Shown here piece after piece: positions 27,043 through 37,749 of a DNA stretch of 64,000 nucleotides. Numbering within the stretch: position 1 is the stretch's first letter; each line of letters begins with the position of its first letter. The notes under the pieces were generated by a model. That model was given only the letters and a program-made list of their open reading frames with translations. It was not told where the DNA came from and ran no database searches. The position numbers and the translations under genes were made by a program. Origin of the DNA: an uncultured Vicinamibacteraceae bacterium (GTDB lineage: Bacteria > Acidobacteriota > Vicinamibacteria > Vicinamibacterales > UBA8438); contig CAZYFH010000014.1 in NCBI GenBank assembly GCA_964646815.1, positions 927 to 64,926 on the forward strand, read 5' to 3'.

Positions 27043-29478
27043 CTATGCGAGCCGGCGGCCTTCCAGCTCCAGGCCGGCTGCGCGATAGGCCAGCACGCCG
27101 CCGTCGAGATACACCTCGACGTCGCCACGTTCGAGACGTCCGCGAATCAATTCCTCGGAGAGTGGGTCCTCGACGTGGCGCTGTATGGCTCTCCGCAACG
27201 GCCGGGCTCCATAAGAGCGGTCCTTGCACGTGGTGTCGATGATCCAGTCCACGACGTCGGAGGTGAGCGAGATACGCAGATCCCTTGCCACCAAGTTCTC
27301 GTTCAGCTGATCGACGAGCATCCGCATGATCTGCCGCAGATCGTCATCCGACAGCGCCTCGAAGACGATAATCTCATCGACCCTGTTCACGAACTCCGGA
27401 TTGAACGTGCGCTTCACTTCGCTGAGCACCATGTCGGAAACGCTGCGTTGAATCTCGTTCGCGTCCGTGGATTGAAATCCGACCGACGCTTTCTTCTGAA
27501 TATAGCGGGCACCGATGTTCGACGTCATGATGACGATCGCGTTCTTGAAGTCGACTCGGTTACCCAGCCCGTCCGTCAGGTGCCCGTCTTCGAACACCTG
27601 CAGCAGGATGTTGAACAGGTCCGGGTGCGCCTTCTCGATCTCGTCGAGCAGCACGACCGAGTATGGGTGCCGCTTGACCTTCTCAGTCAGTTGCCCGCCT
27701 TCTTCGTGGCCGACGTATCCGGGAGGGGATCCGATCAACTTCGATACCGAGTGCTTTTCCATGTACTCGGACATGTCAAAGCGGATCAGCGCCGTCTCGC
27801 TCGCGAACAGGAAGTTAGCGAGGGCCCTGGCCAACTCCGTCTTGCCCACGCCGGTCGGCCCCAGAAAGACGAAGCTCCCCACCGGTCGATGCGGCGACTT
27901 GAGGCCGGCGCGGGAGCGACGGATGGCGCGGGCGAGGGCGGAAACCGCCCGCTCCTGGCTGATGACGCGCCGGTGCAGGTCCTCCTCCATGCTGAGCAAC
28001 TTGGCGCTCTCATCCTGGTTGATGGAGGTAAGTGGCACCCCAGTCCACTTCGACACGACCTCGTCAATGTCCTGTTTGCCGACCTCGATTGCGTGTGCGC
28101 CGGTTTTGACGTCGAATTTCTCGCGCACGAATTGCAGGTTCTCCCGCGCGAGGACCTCCTGCTCACGAAAGAACTGTGCCCGTTCGTAGTCTTTCTGGGC
28201 GGTCGCGTTTTCCATCTGCTCGACCGCCACGCGAATACTCTTGTTGATCTCGCTGAACTCCTCGCTGTAGCCCGCCTCGCGAAGCTTGGCGCGCGACCCA
28301 GCCTCGTCGACCAGGTCGATCGCCTTGTCCGGCAGGAAGCGATCCGTGATGTAGCGACTTGACTGATACACAGCCGCTTCCATCGCGTCAGACGTGTAGG
28401 TGACGTGGTGATAGCTCTCGTACCGGTCTTTGATGCCGTTGAGGATTTCGAGTGACTCGGCCTCGCTCGGCGGCTCGACCTTGATTGCCTGAAACCGTCG
28501 CTCGAGCGACCGATCTTTCTCGATGTACTTGCGATATTCAGCTGGCGTCGTCGCGCCGATGCAGCGGATCTCTCCGCGAGACAGCGCCGGTTTTAGAATA
28601 TTGGCAGCATCGAGGGACCCCTCGGCCGACCCGGCGCCCACCAGGGTGTGGAGTTCGTCGATGAAGACGATGATGTTCGGGTTCTCGGTCAGCTCCTTCA
28701 TGATCGCCTTCAGGCGCTCTTCGAACTGACCACGGTATTTCGTGCCGGCGACGATCAGTGAGATATCGAGCGCCAGCAGCCGTTTGTCGGCGAGGAAGTG
28801 CGGCACGTCACCACGCACGATTTTCTGGGCCAGCCCCTCCACGATGGCGGTCTTGCCGACACCAGGCTCACCGATGAGCACGGCGTTGTTCTTGGTACGA
28901 CGGCAGAGCACTTGCTGTACACGCTCGACCTCGAGCGTCCGGCCCACCAACGGGTCGAGACCGTTCTTCATCGCAACGTCCGACAGGTCACGGCTGAACT
29001 CCGCCAACAGCGGCGTTTCCTTGACCCGCGTCAGGGTCGTTTTCTCGTTCAGCAGCTGCACGATATCCTCACGCACCGTGTTCAACCGCATGCCCTTTTC
29101 GGACAAAATGGTCGAAGCCACCGAGCGCTCCTCTCGGAGAATTCCCAGCAGAAGATGCTCCGTCCCGATGTAGTTGTGCAACAGCCGGTCGGCTTCCTCG
29201 GCCGCAAACTGCAACACGCGCTTGGTCTCGGTGCTAAACGGGATCTCGACGGACGTCGACACCTTCTCGCGAAAGACGGTACGGCCTTCGATGTCCTTCC
29301 GGATGTTCTCGAGCGCGAGATGGGACCGGGCGAAAATCCGACTCGTGAGGCCCTTGCCTTCCCGGATCAGCCCGAGCAGGAGATGCTCGGTCTCGATGGA
29401 GATGCTGCCGAGTTGACTCGCTTCGTAGCGGGCGAAGAACAATACACGCCGCGCTCGTTCTGTGTATCGCTCAAACAT
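27043..29478 (-). CDS. clpC: ATP-dependent Clp protease ATP-binding subunit ClpC
   Basis: [13 protein letters not shown] Clp_N repeats, two AAA+ modules (GEPGVGKT; GPTGVGKTE) and a UVR-like linker. ATG checked at 29476-29478. Confidence 0.95.
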   Translation of the reverse strand: MFERYTERARRVLFFARYEASQLGSISIETEHLLLGLIREGKGLTSRIFARSHLALENIRKDIEGRTVFREKVSTSVEIPFSTETKRVLQFAAEEADRLLHNYIGTEHLLLGILREERSVASTILSEKGMRLNTVREDIVQLLNEKTTLTRVKETPLLAEFSRDLSDVAMKNGLDPLVGRTLEVERVQQVLCRRTKNNAVLIGEPGVGKTAIVEGLAQKIVRGDVPHFLADKRLLALDISLIVAGTKYRGQFEERLKAIMKELTENPNIIVFIDELHTLVGAGSAEGSLDAANILKPALSRGEIRCIGATTPAEYRKYIEKDRSLERRFQAIKVEPPSEAESLEILNGIKDRYESYHHVTYTSDAMEAAVYQSSRYITDRFLPDKAIDLVDEAGSRAKLREAGYSEEFSEINKSIRVAVEQMENATAQKDYERAQFFREQEVLARENLQFVREKFDVKTGAHAIEVGKQDIDEVVSKWTGVPLTSINQDESAKLLSMEEDLHRRVISQERAVSALARAIRRSRAGLKSPHRPVGSFVFLGPTGVGKTELARALANFLFASETALIRFDMSEYMEKHSVSKLIGSPPGYVGHEEGGQLTEKVKRHPYSVVLLDEIEKAHPDLFNILLQVFEDGHLTDGLGNRVDFKNAIVIMTSNIGARYIQKKASVGFQSTDANEIQRSVSDMVLSEVKRTFNPEFVNRVDEIIVFEALSDDDLRQIMRMLVDQLNENLVARDLRISLTSDVVDWIIDTTCKDRSYGARPLRRAIQRHVEDPLSEELIRGRLERGDVEVYLDGGVLAYRAAGLELEGRRLA

Positions 29479-29645
29479 CCACCCATCCAGACCGGTCGAA
29501 CCGCCCGCACGCGAAGGGCGCCCCCGCATCGCGATTATAGGGCATCGCCCGTCGGACGCCAATTCTGGTTCTTGCCCAATATCAAGCACTTAGCGGGTGA
29601 ACCGGACGGTCACACTGGGTTGGGCTGACCTTCTGGGTACGCCGA

Positions 29646-30320
29646 TCAGGCGGGGCGGAGCTGGCCGTTCTCGAGGCACAGCATGCGGTCGCACCTGGCC
29701 GCGAGTCGTTGATTATGCGTCGCGATGACCGACGTGAGCCCATGGCGTGCATGGATCTCGCGGAGCAGTTCGCACAGCGCATCACCGGTCGGCTCGTCGA
29801 GGTCGCCGGTCGGCTCGTCCGCAAGCAGCAACGCGGGGCGCATCACCAGCGCCCGCGCCACAGCCACCCGCTGCTGTTCGCCGCCGGAGAGCATGCCCGG
29901 TCGGTGTGCCAGCCGGTCGCCCAGACCGACCTGCGCGAGCAGCGACTCAGCGCGCACGCGCGCTTCGTCGGATGGGAACCGGGCAATACGCATCGGCATC
30001 TCCGCGTTCTCGACGGCGCTGAACTCCGGGAGCAGATGATGGAACTGAAACACGAACCCGATGTGACGGTTGCGAAACGCGACCAGCTCGGACTCCGTCA
30101 AGCCGGTGACCTCGGTGTCCCCAACACGCACGGCGCCGTGATCGGCTCGGTCCAGCCCGCCGACCAGATGCATGAACGTGCTCTTGCCGACGCCCGAGGC
30201 ACCAACGATCGCGACCATCTCGCCGACTTCGACCGCCAGATCGAGCTCGCGCAACACCGGTAGCGAACGGCCGCCGACGTGATAGGCCTTCGCGAGCTCT
30301 GAAATCTCAAGAAACGGCAC
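29646..30320 (-). CDS. lolD: lipoprotein-releasing ABC transporter ATP-binding protein
   Basis: Walker A GASGVGKST, signature LSGGEQQR, Walker B LLLADEP. Adjacent to a LolC/E-type permease. Confidence 0.85.
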   Translation of the reverse strand: MPFLEISELAKAYHVGGRSLPVLRELDLAVEVGEMVAIVGASGVGKSTFMHLVGGLDRADHGAVRVGDTEVTGLTESELVAFRNRHIGFVFQFHHLLPEFSAVENAEMPMRIARFPSDEARVRAESLLAQVGLGDRLAHRPGMLSGGEQQRVAVARALVMRPALLLADEPTGDLDEPTGDALCELLREIHARHGLTSVIATHNQRLAARCDRMLCLENGQLRPA

Positions 30321-30330
30321 GGAATGAAGT

Positions 30331-30370
30331 GCTTAGGGCTTAGCGCGCCATGAGTCTTGAGCCTTGAGCC
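30331..30370. repeat. heptanucleotide tandem repeats (GCTTAGG GCTTAGC ... TGAGT CTTGAGC CTTGAGC C)
   Basis: Read directly in the lolC/E-lolD spacer. The minus strand reads GGCTCAA GGCTCAA GACTCAT. Confidence 0.7.
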
Positions 30371-30427
30371 GTACGCCCTGGGACGAGTTGTCAGCCATAC
30401 GCCTTCAGCCCTGCGTCTGGGGCAGCA

Positions 30428-31663
30428 TTATTGATACCGAAGCGCCTCAGCCGGATCCAACCGCGACGCCCGCCGTGACGGGTACACCGTGGCCGCGAAG
30501 CAGATCAGCATTGCCGCGATGATGACGACGATGAAGTCGAGAGTCTCCACAGTGAACGGTAAGTACGGAATCTGGTAGAACTCCATTGGCAGCCGCAGCA
30601 AGCGATACCGGTCCATCACCGTCGAGATGACGTACCCGCCGGCCGCTCCCGCAGTCGTCCCGATCGCGCCGATGATGACCCCCTGGAGGACGAAAATGGC
30701 CCGGATCGTGCCCGACGATGCGCCCATGGTCTTCAGGATTGCGATGTCGCGGCTCCGCTCCATCACTAGCATGATGAGTGACGCGACGATGTGGAGTGCG
30801 GCCACGAGGACAATCAGTCCGATCGCGATCGAGACCGCTGTCTTCTCCAGCCAGAGCGCCGAAAAGAGCGCCTCGTTCAGCCGCGACCAGTCTTCGGTCA
30901 TATAGGCGGGTCCCAGGATGTCGGGGATCGAGTCGGCCACCTCTCGCGACGCGTACAGGTCGTCGACCCGTAGCTCCATCATCTCGACCTTGTCTTTGTT
31001 GAAGATGCGCTTGGCGACGTCGAGCGTAACGAAGGCGTACGTCGTGTCGTATTCGAGGAGCCCGAGGCTGAAGATGCCGACGACCGCAAGCCGCCTGGGC
31101 CGTGGCAACACACCCATGGGCGACGCCGACCCAGCAGTAGTCAGGAGCGTCACCTCGTCGCCGACGAACGCGCCGAGTTTCTCGGCGAGGCCCTGTCCGA
31201 GCACGATGCCACCCATGACACGATCGTGTGGCTTTTCAAGCTCTGCGAGCGCACCGTGCCGCACCGATGCCGCAACTTCGGTGACGTCGGCCTCGAGGAC
31301 CGGGTCGATCCCCTTGACGTTGATGAACTCGTCGGCGTGGCGCGTGCGCACTAGCGCTTTCCCCTGGATCGACGGCGCGGCCGCCAGCACCCGCGGCACC
31401 TCGCGGAGGCGTTCGGCTTCGTAGTGGTAGTCCGCGAACCCGCCGTCGACCACCTTCCAGACGTAGACATGCGCGGCCGACCCCACGAGGCGGTCGCGGA
31501 TGCCCTGCTCCATGCCGGTCATCAGGGCGAGCGCGATCACCAGCGCCATCACGCCCACCATGACGCCAACGATGGAGATCAGCGACGTACTGGCGATCGA
31601 AGCCTGTTTGCGTCGTGCCAACAGGTATCGCGTCGCGATGTAGAGCTCGAACGGCACCTTCAT
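30428..31663 (-). CDS. LolC/LolE-family (FtsX-like) lipoprotein-releasing permease
   Basis: 411 aa starting MKVPFELYIATRYL. MacB/FtsX topology with a large periplasmic loop and a C-terminal FtsX domain. Confidence 0.85.
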   Translation of the reverse strand: MKVPFELYIATRYLLARRKQASIASTSLISIVGVMVGVMALVIALALMTGMEQGIRDRLVGSAAHVYVWKVVDGGFADYHYEAERLREVPRVLAAAPSIQGKALVRTRHADEFINVKGIDPVLEADVTEVAASVRHGALAELEKPHDRVMGGIVLGQGLAEKLGAFVGDEVTLLTTAGSASPMGVLPRPRRLAVVGIFSLGLLEYDTTYAFVTLDVAKRIFNKDKVEMMELRVDDLYASREVADSIPDILGPAYMTEDWSRLNEALFSALWLEKTAVSIAIGLIVLVAALHIVASLIMLVMERSRDIAILKTMGASSGTIRAIFVLQGVIIGAIGTTAGAAGGYVISTVMDRYRLLRLPMEFYQIPYLPFTVETLDFIVVIIAAMLICFAATVYPSRRASRLDPAEALRYQ

Positions 31664-31679
31664 CGTAGCGTCGCTGTCC

Positions 31680-33191
<1,512 letters not shown>

Positions 33192-33209
33192 GTTGGGTGG
33201 GTTATCCGA

Positions 33210-33239
33210 GGTTCCAGGTTTCGGGTTCAAGGTTCACGG
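33210..33239. repeat. heptanucleotide tandem repeat GGTTCCA GGTTTCG GGTTCAA GGTTCAC GG
   Basis: Read directly. Lies in the nusB-lysS spacer and overlaps the longest-ORF start of lysS. Confidence 0.75.
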
Positions 33240-33273
33240 ATTGGCGCGGTGATACGTCGCTGTCAGACGCGAG

Positions 33274-33729
33274 TCAGGTCTCCGGTGTGTCTTCCTGTTC
33301 GGCAATCTCACGACGCACGCTGTCGAGCACCCCATTGATGAAGGCCACGGCCTTGTCACCGCTGAACGTCTTGGCCAGCTCGAGCGCCTCGTCGATGACC
33401 ACGAGCGGCGGCGTGTCAGCGCGAAGGAACTCGTAGACCGCCATTCGCAAGATCAGCCGATCGAGCACCGCCATCCGGGACAGACGCCAGTTCCGCGCAT
33501 GCGTCGCGATGAGGGGATCGATCTCCTCTGTGCGCGAGGCGGTACCGCGGGCAAGCCCCGTCGCGAAGGCCCGCCGCGACGCAGGCGCCGGGTGCACCGT
33601 CCAGTAGAGCTCGACGCCGTCGTCGACCGTGGCCTCCTCGGATCGTCCGATTTCCCACTGATACAGCAGCTGAAGCGCGGCTTCCCGCCCGCGATGCCGT
33701 TCGACGCGATGCGACGCGGTGGCGGTCAA
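33274..33729 (-). CDS. nusB: transcription antitermination factor NusB
   Basis: 151 aa. REAALQLLYQWEI and FINGVLD motifs. ribH-nusB synteny with a 4-nt overlap. Confidence 0.9.
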   Translation of the reverse strand: MTATASHRVERHRGREAALQLLYQWEIGRSEEATVDDGVELYWTVHPAPASRRAFATGLARGTASRTEEIDPLIATHARNWRLSRMAVLDRLILRMAVYEFLRADTPPLVVIDEALELAKTFSGDKAVAFINGVLDSVRREIAEQEDTPET

Positions 33730-34217
33730 TCCGCCGCCCCGCCCCCCCTGGGGGGCAGGGCGCGCACGATGTTAGCGCTCTGCACCGCGGCCATCGCTGC
33801 CTCCCATCCCTTGTTCGTGGGCCCGTCACCGGCACGCGCCTGTGCCTCTTCCTGGGTGTTCGTCGTGAGGACCCCGAACGCGATCGGAACGCCGGTCGCC
33901 TGTGACGCGGTCGTGATCCCGTGCGCCACCGCAGACGCGATGTAGTCGAAGTGTGGTGTCTCGCCCCGGATGATGCACCCGAGACAGACGAGCGCGTCGA
34001 AGGCCTCCGATTCCGCGGCGCGCCGCGCGACGAGCGGAATCTCGAACGCGCCTGGCAACGTGATCACCGTCACCATCCGCGCGTTGGCGAGGGACAAGGC
34101 GGCGAGGGCGGCCTCACGCAACGGGCCAGTCACCGACGCGTGATACGCCGACACGATGACACCGATGCGCAGGCCGGACGCGTCGCCCGCGCCATCGATG
34201 ACCGGGCTGTCCTTCAT
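33726..34217 (-). CDS. ribH: 6,7-dimethyl-8-ribityllumazine synthase
   Basis: 163 aa with LPGAFEIPL, CLGCIIRGETPHFDYI and GVLT motifs. Confidence 0.95.
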   Translation of the reverse strand: MKDSPVIDGAGDASGLRIGVIVSAYHASVTGPLREAALAALSLANARMVTVITLPGAFEIPLVARRAAESEAFDALVCLGCIIRGETPHFDYIASAVAHGITTASQATGVPIAFGVLTTNTQEEAQARAGDGPTNKGWEAAMAAVQSANIVRALPPRGGGAAD

Positions 34218-34996
34218 GACCCCGTGAAGCTCGGCCGTCGCTTCTCAAGAAAGGCGCGGGTCCCCTCGCGCCAATCCTCGGTTCCGGCGGCAAGACCGAA
34301 GAGCGACGCCTCGAGCGCACACCCTTCCCGAAGCGACATCTGCATCCCGTCGTGGACGGCCTCAAGAATGTGCCGCGCGGCGACCGGCGCCTTGGACGCC
34401 AGCACCTCAGCCAACGACCGGGCCTCGGTCATGAGCGCGTCAACCGACACGACGCGGTTGACCAGGCCAATGCGCCACGCCTCCTCGGCGGAGACCGGCT
34501 CGCCGGTGAGCATCAATTCCAGCGCCCTCCCACTGCCGACGAGTCGGGATAGGCGCTGTGTGCCGCCATAACCTGGCAAGAGGCCGAGTGAAATCTCCGG
34601 TTGCCCGATCTTCGCGGTGTCGGCCGCAATCCGCACCGTGCAGGCCATGGCGACCTCGCAGCCACCGCCCAGGGCGTAACCGTTGATCGCGGCGATGACT
34701 GGCTTCCCCATCCGCTCGAGCGCATCGCACAGCGCCTGGCCGCGCTGCGCGAACGCCTGCGCCGACGCGGGCGTTAGTGTGGCGAGTTCGGCGATATCGG
34801 CCCCCGCCACGAACGCGCGGTTGCCGGCGCCCGTGAGAATCACCACCCGCACGTCCGCGTCAACAGCTAGCGCGTCCACTAGCTCCCGCAACTCTGTGAC
34901 CGTCTCGACGTTGAGGGCGTTGCGGACCGACGGACGATTGATCGTCACGACGGCAATCGGACCGGTGCGATCGACGGCGAGGTGCTCGTGTGTCAT
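34214..34996 (-). CDS. enoyl-CoA hydratase/isomerase-family protein
   Basis: Crotonase-fold motifs (VVILTGAGNRAFVAGADI; INGYALGGGCEVAMAC). ATG checked at 34994-34996. Confidence 0.85.
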   Translation of the reverse strand: MTHEHLAVDRTGPIAVVTINRPSVRNALNVETVTELRELVDALAVDADVRVVILTGAGNRAFVAGADIAELATLTPASAQAFAQRGQALCDALERMGKPVIAAINGYALGGGCEVAMACTVRIAADTAKIGQPEISLGLLPGYGGTQRLSRLVGSGRALELMLTGEPVSAEEAWRIGLVNRVVSVDALMTEARSLAEVLASKAPVAARHILEAVHDGMQMSLREGCALEASLFGLAAGTEDWREGTRAFLEKRRPSFTGS

Positions 34997-35529
34997 GGGT
35001 GTAACCGGTCGCGAAAAACTATACTCCACGCCCATACGGCCGTCGCGCCAGCCATCGCCCCGACCGTGTCGGCTACGAGGTCACGCGCCTCGGGGCTGCG
35101 CCCGGGCACGAACGATTGATGCCATTCGTCCGTCAGGCCGTAGAGCGCTGAGACGAGGACCGTGGCTGCGACCGCCACGAACGTGACCTCCCGCCACCGC
35201 CCGTCAGTGATCCCGCGCAACACGAGCATGGCCAGCACACCATAGACCACGGCGTGCACGCCCACGTCCGGCACGTTGCCGGGTGGCTGCGGGGGGCGCG
35301 ACATCGAGGACACCCCGAAGATCACGGCCATCAGTGCCACGGCTGGCCCCCAGGACCATATGGCGCGCCGGATCCCGACGCGGGGCGACGGTGTCACAGC
35401 GGGAACGGATACAGTAGCCAGCTCAGGACCACGCCGGTCACCGCGAATCCGGCGAACACCACCGCGCCGAACCGCACCTGTTCCGCCGCCTCGTCCCGCA
35501 GGAGCGTCGCGAAGACGACTGAGACGCAC
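34993..35529 (-). CDS. VanZ-like membrane protein
   Basis: Four predicted TM helices with VanZ-like motifs (MAVIFGVSS...HAVVYGVL...LYGLTDEWHQSFVPGR...D). The Arg-rich N-terminal approx 50 codons are doubtful, so the true start is probably internal. Confidence 0.55.
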   Translation of the reverse strand: MRLSRLRDAPAGRGGGTGAVRRGGVRRIRGDRRGPELATVSVPAVTPSPRVGIRRAIWSWGPAVALMAVIFGVSSMSRPPQPPGNVPDVGVHAVVYGVLAMLVLRGITDGRWREVTFVAVAATVLVSALYGLTDEWHQSFVPGRSPEARDLVADTVGAMAGATAVWAWSIVFRDRLHP

Positions 35530-35602
35530 ACTGCGAAGAGAAGCATCAGGACGAAATGGCTGGCCATGGAGGAATCATTCGGCGGCGACGCACTCGGAGA
35601 GT

Positions 35603-35989
35603 CTATTTCCGCCCCACCGCGATATCGAACGCGTCGATGACCACGAGCATGTTGAGCAGGCCGGCCACGATGAGAAACGTGTTGCCGTACTCATAGGTGA
35701 TAGCCACCACCCTACCATCTCCCAGGCCGAGCGCCCGGGCAAGAAAATAGGGCACGCCGATGCCGAGGTCAGCCGCGGCGGCCAAGGTCACGAATGGTTG
35801 CTCGAGGTCGAAGGGGAAGACGCGTCCCTCGAGCCACAACCCGACGCCAAACATGAACGGCAGCACCGCAAGAAAGATGGCGCCTTTGGGCAATCGCCCC
35901 AGCCACAGATGACCTGCTCCCGGAACAGCCCAGGCGATGGCGCAGATGAACGCCGCCGCTCCCGGTTGCGTGCCTCTTGTCCGATTCAT
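35603..35989 (-). CDS. small integral membrane protein, unknown function (TM2-like G.GH.W.G motif)
   Basis: 128 aa, 3-4 hydrophobic helices, motif VPGAGHLWLGRLPKGAIFL. No function assignable. Confidence 0.5.
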   Translation of the reverse strand: MNRTRGTQPGAAAFICAIAWAVPGAGHLWLGRLPKGAIFLAVLPFMFGVGLWLEGRVFPFDLEQPFVTLAAAADLGIGVPYFLARALGLGDGRVVAITYEYGNTFLIVAGLLNMLVVIDAFDIAVGRK

Positions 35990-35995
35990 CCCTTC

Positions 35996-36490
35996 TTAGT
36001 CTATCGTCCCGCCCAGTGTCAGTCCCACGATCCAGGCAACCGTCGCCCCCAGGGGGAGCGCAGCCACCGCGCGTACGACGTCCGTGACCTGGACGACCCC
36101 GGCTGGCTCCGCGACGACGGTGACGGCGGTCGGGACAGCGGCGACGATCAGGACGGCGCGTAGCTGCCCCCAGCGCTTCGGCCGCCCCCCGCGTACGCCA
36201 CTCCGCCGCAGCACCAGCGGCAGCGCAAGCAGCAACCCGAGCGGCGCGCCGGCATAGAGACCCGTACAGCGGGCGCAGACCGGAAACTGCGTCTCGTCGA
36301 GGTGGAACGACCTCGAGGCTTGCTGGTGGCACACTACGCTACCGGCAACGTAGGCGAGCGTCGCGCCCACGAAGAACGGCGCGGTCGGCGCCTCATGGGT
36401 CACGGCGTAGGGTGCGGCCACCAGCACAAACACCCAGAGCGCGGCAACGAGCATCAGACCGATGACGGCGCCCGTTCTTCTAGCGGTCAT
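35996..36490 (-). CDS. DUF2085-family membrane protein
   Basis: CHQ....F........CARCTG.Y motif (VVCHQQASRSFHLDETQFPVCARCTGLYAG), characteristic of DUF2085. ATG checked at 36488-36490. Confidence 0.6.
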   Translation of the reverse strand: MTARRTGAVIGLMLVAALWVFVLVAAPYAVTHEAPTAPFFVGATLAYVAGSVVCHQQASRSFHLDETQFPVCARCTGLYAGAPLGLLLALPLVLRRSGVRGGRPKRWGQLRAVLIVAAVPTAVTVVAEPAGVVQVTDVVRAVAALPLGATVAWIVGLTLGGTID

Positions 36491-36540
36491 GAGTGGCCGG
36501 AACTCCTTGCATCTGAGTCGAGGTTCGTGAAGACAGCAGA

Positions 36541-36630
36541 CGCGCACAACGCGCCTCGTGACCGCGGAGCGGGGCTCTCTCGGGGTCCCCGCGCAGCGGT
36601 TTCACGGGGACTTGGAATGAAGCCCGATCT
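36541..36630 (+). repeat. GC-rich dispersed intergenic repeat, copy 3 (90 nt, 3' module diverged)
   Basis: CGCGCACAACGCGCCTCGTGACCGCGGAGCGGGGCTCTCTCGGGGTCCCCGCGCAGCGGTTTCACGGGGACTTGGAATGAAGCCCGATCT. It ends 4 nt from the PfkB kinase stop codon. Confidence 0.75.
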
Positions 36631-36634
36631 GAAG

Positions 36635-37546
36635 CTAGAGGGCATCAAAGTGCGTAAGCCGCTTGAACTCCCCGAAGCGGCTCGTGATCTCGTCCTGTTC
36701 CAGCCTGAGGAGACGGCCCAACCCGAAGTCCTCGACCGAGAACGATGCCAGTGTTGACCCGGCGATAATGGCCTGCACGATCAGGTCGTCGGAGATCGCA
36801 GGGGCCGCGGCCAGATACCCGACTAATCCGCCGGCGAAGCTATCGCCCGCACCCGTCGGGTCTCGGACGTCCTCGAGCGGCAACCCGGGCACCGCGAAGA
36901 ACCCGTCGTCTCGTGTCATCAAGACCCCATGCTCCCCGCGTTTGATGATCACGCGGGCGGGTCCTAAGGACTGTATCGCGCGAGCCGCCTTGACAAGGTT
37001 GCCTTCACCGCTCAACTGGCGCGCCTCCTCGTCGTTGATGATCACCGCGTCGACTCGCCGCAGCACGGTGCGCAGCTCCGTCGGCGTGCCGTCGATCCAG
37101 TAGTTCATCGTATCGAGCGCCACGAACGTGGGTGCAGTGACCTGCTCGAGCACGTCGAGCTGAAGCGCGGGGTGGATGTTGGCCAGGAACACGATCGGGC
37201 TGGAGCGAAACGCCTCCGGGATGTGCGGCCGAAACGACTCGAACACGTTCAAGTGGGTGTAGATGGTCTTTCGCGTGTTCAAGTCCATTCCGTACTCACC
37301 CCGCCACCGGAACGTGTCGCCCGGCACGCGCTGCAACCCCTCCAGATCGATCCGGCGTCCACCGAACACCTGGACATGCTCCTCGCCGAAATCGTCACCG
37401 ACCACGCCAACGAGACGGACGTTCGTAAAGAACGATGCCGCAACGCTGAAGAACGTCGCTGCGCCGCCCACTAGACGCGACGCCCCACCGAGCGGCGTGG
37501 TGACAGAATCGAATGCGACGGATCCAACGGTCAGGATGGGTTTCAC
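36635..37546 (-). CDS. PfkB-family carbohydrate/nucleoside kinase
   Basis: 303 aa. Ribokinase-like motifs, including the C-terminal DPTGAGDSFAGG. GTG start. Confidence 0.85.
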   Translation of the reverse strand: MKPILTVGSVAFDSVTTPLGGASRLVGGAATFFSVAASFFTNVRLVGVVGDDFGEEHVQVFGGRRIDLEGLQRVPGDTFRWRGEYGMDLNTRKTIYTHLNVFESFRPHIPEAFRSSPIVFLANIHPALQLDVLEQVTAPTFVALDTMNYWIDGTPTELRTVLRRVDAVIINDEEARQLSGEGNLVKAARAIQSLGPARVIIKRGEHGVLMTRDDGFFAVPGLPLEDVRDPTGAGDSFAGGLVGYLAAAPAISDDLIVQAIIAGSTLASFSVEDFGLGRLLRLEQDEITSRFGEFKRLTHFDAL

Positions 37547-37582
37547 GGATGCTCGTTTTCACCGCAGCGCCCGAAGATCCGG

Positions 37583-37619
37583 GGTTCACGGTTCCAGGTT
37601 CCAGGTTCCAGGTTCTCGG
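37583..37619. repeat. heptanucleotide tandem repeat GGTTCAC (GGTTCCA)x3 GGTTCTC GG
   Basis: Read directly. Lies 37-73 nt upstream of the PfkB kinase GTG start. Confidence 0.8.
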
Positions 37620-37690
37620 CGACGGATTTGGGGGTGAAGGGGGTTCCTGCTGGAAGAAGCCGCGCGGCGCACATCCTGTCGCACCGGCAA

Positions 37691-37719
37691 CCCTGCCCCC
37701 TGCCCCCTGACCCCTGAGG
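37691..37719 (-). repeat. C-rich heptamer repeat (CCCTGCC CCCTGCC CCCTGAC CCCTGAG); G-quadruplex motif on the minus (sense) strand
   Basis: The minus strand of 37691-37714 reads GGGGTCAGGGGGCAGGGGGCAGGG: four G-runs of at least 3 with loops of 2-3 nt. It starts 36 nt downstream of the mtnP stop. Confidence 0.75.
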
Positions 37720-37749
37720 CTGTGACAGCACGTCGATCACAATCTTTCC

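Noticed and set aside
33741-33756. G-C7-T-G6-C palindrome / homopolymer tract at the ribH 3' end, just upstream of the nusB start.
   Set aside because: It lies inside the ribH coding tail (…ALPPRGGGAAD). A hairpin would have a 2-nt loop, and the sense strand has only three usable G-runs, so it is not a G4. It may be slippage-prone, but I see no evidence of function.
37583-37719. Short tandem repeats as a possible CRISPR array.
   Set aside because: The units are 7 nt and directly abutting, with no spacers, and there are no cas genes. This is not a CRISPR architecture.
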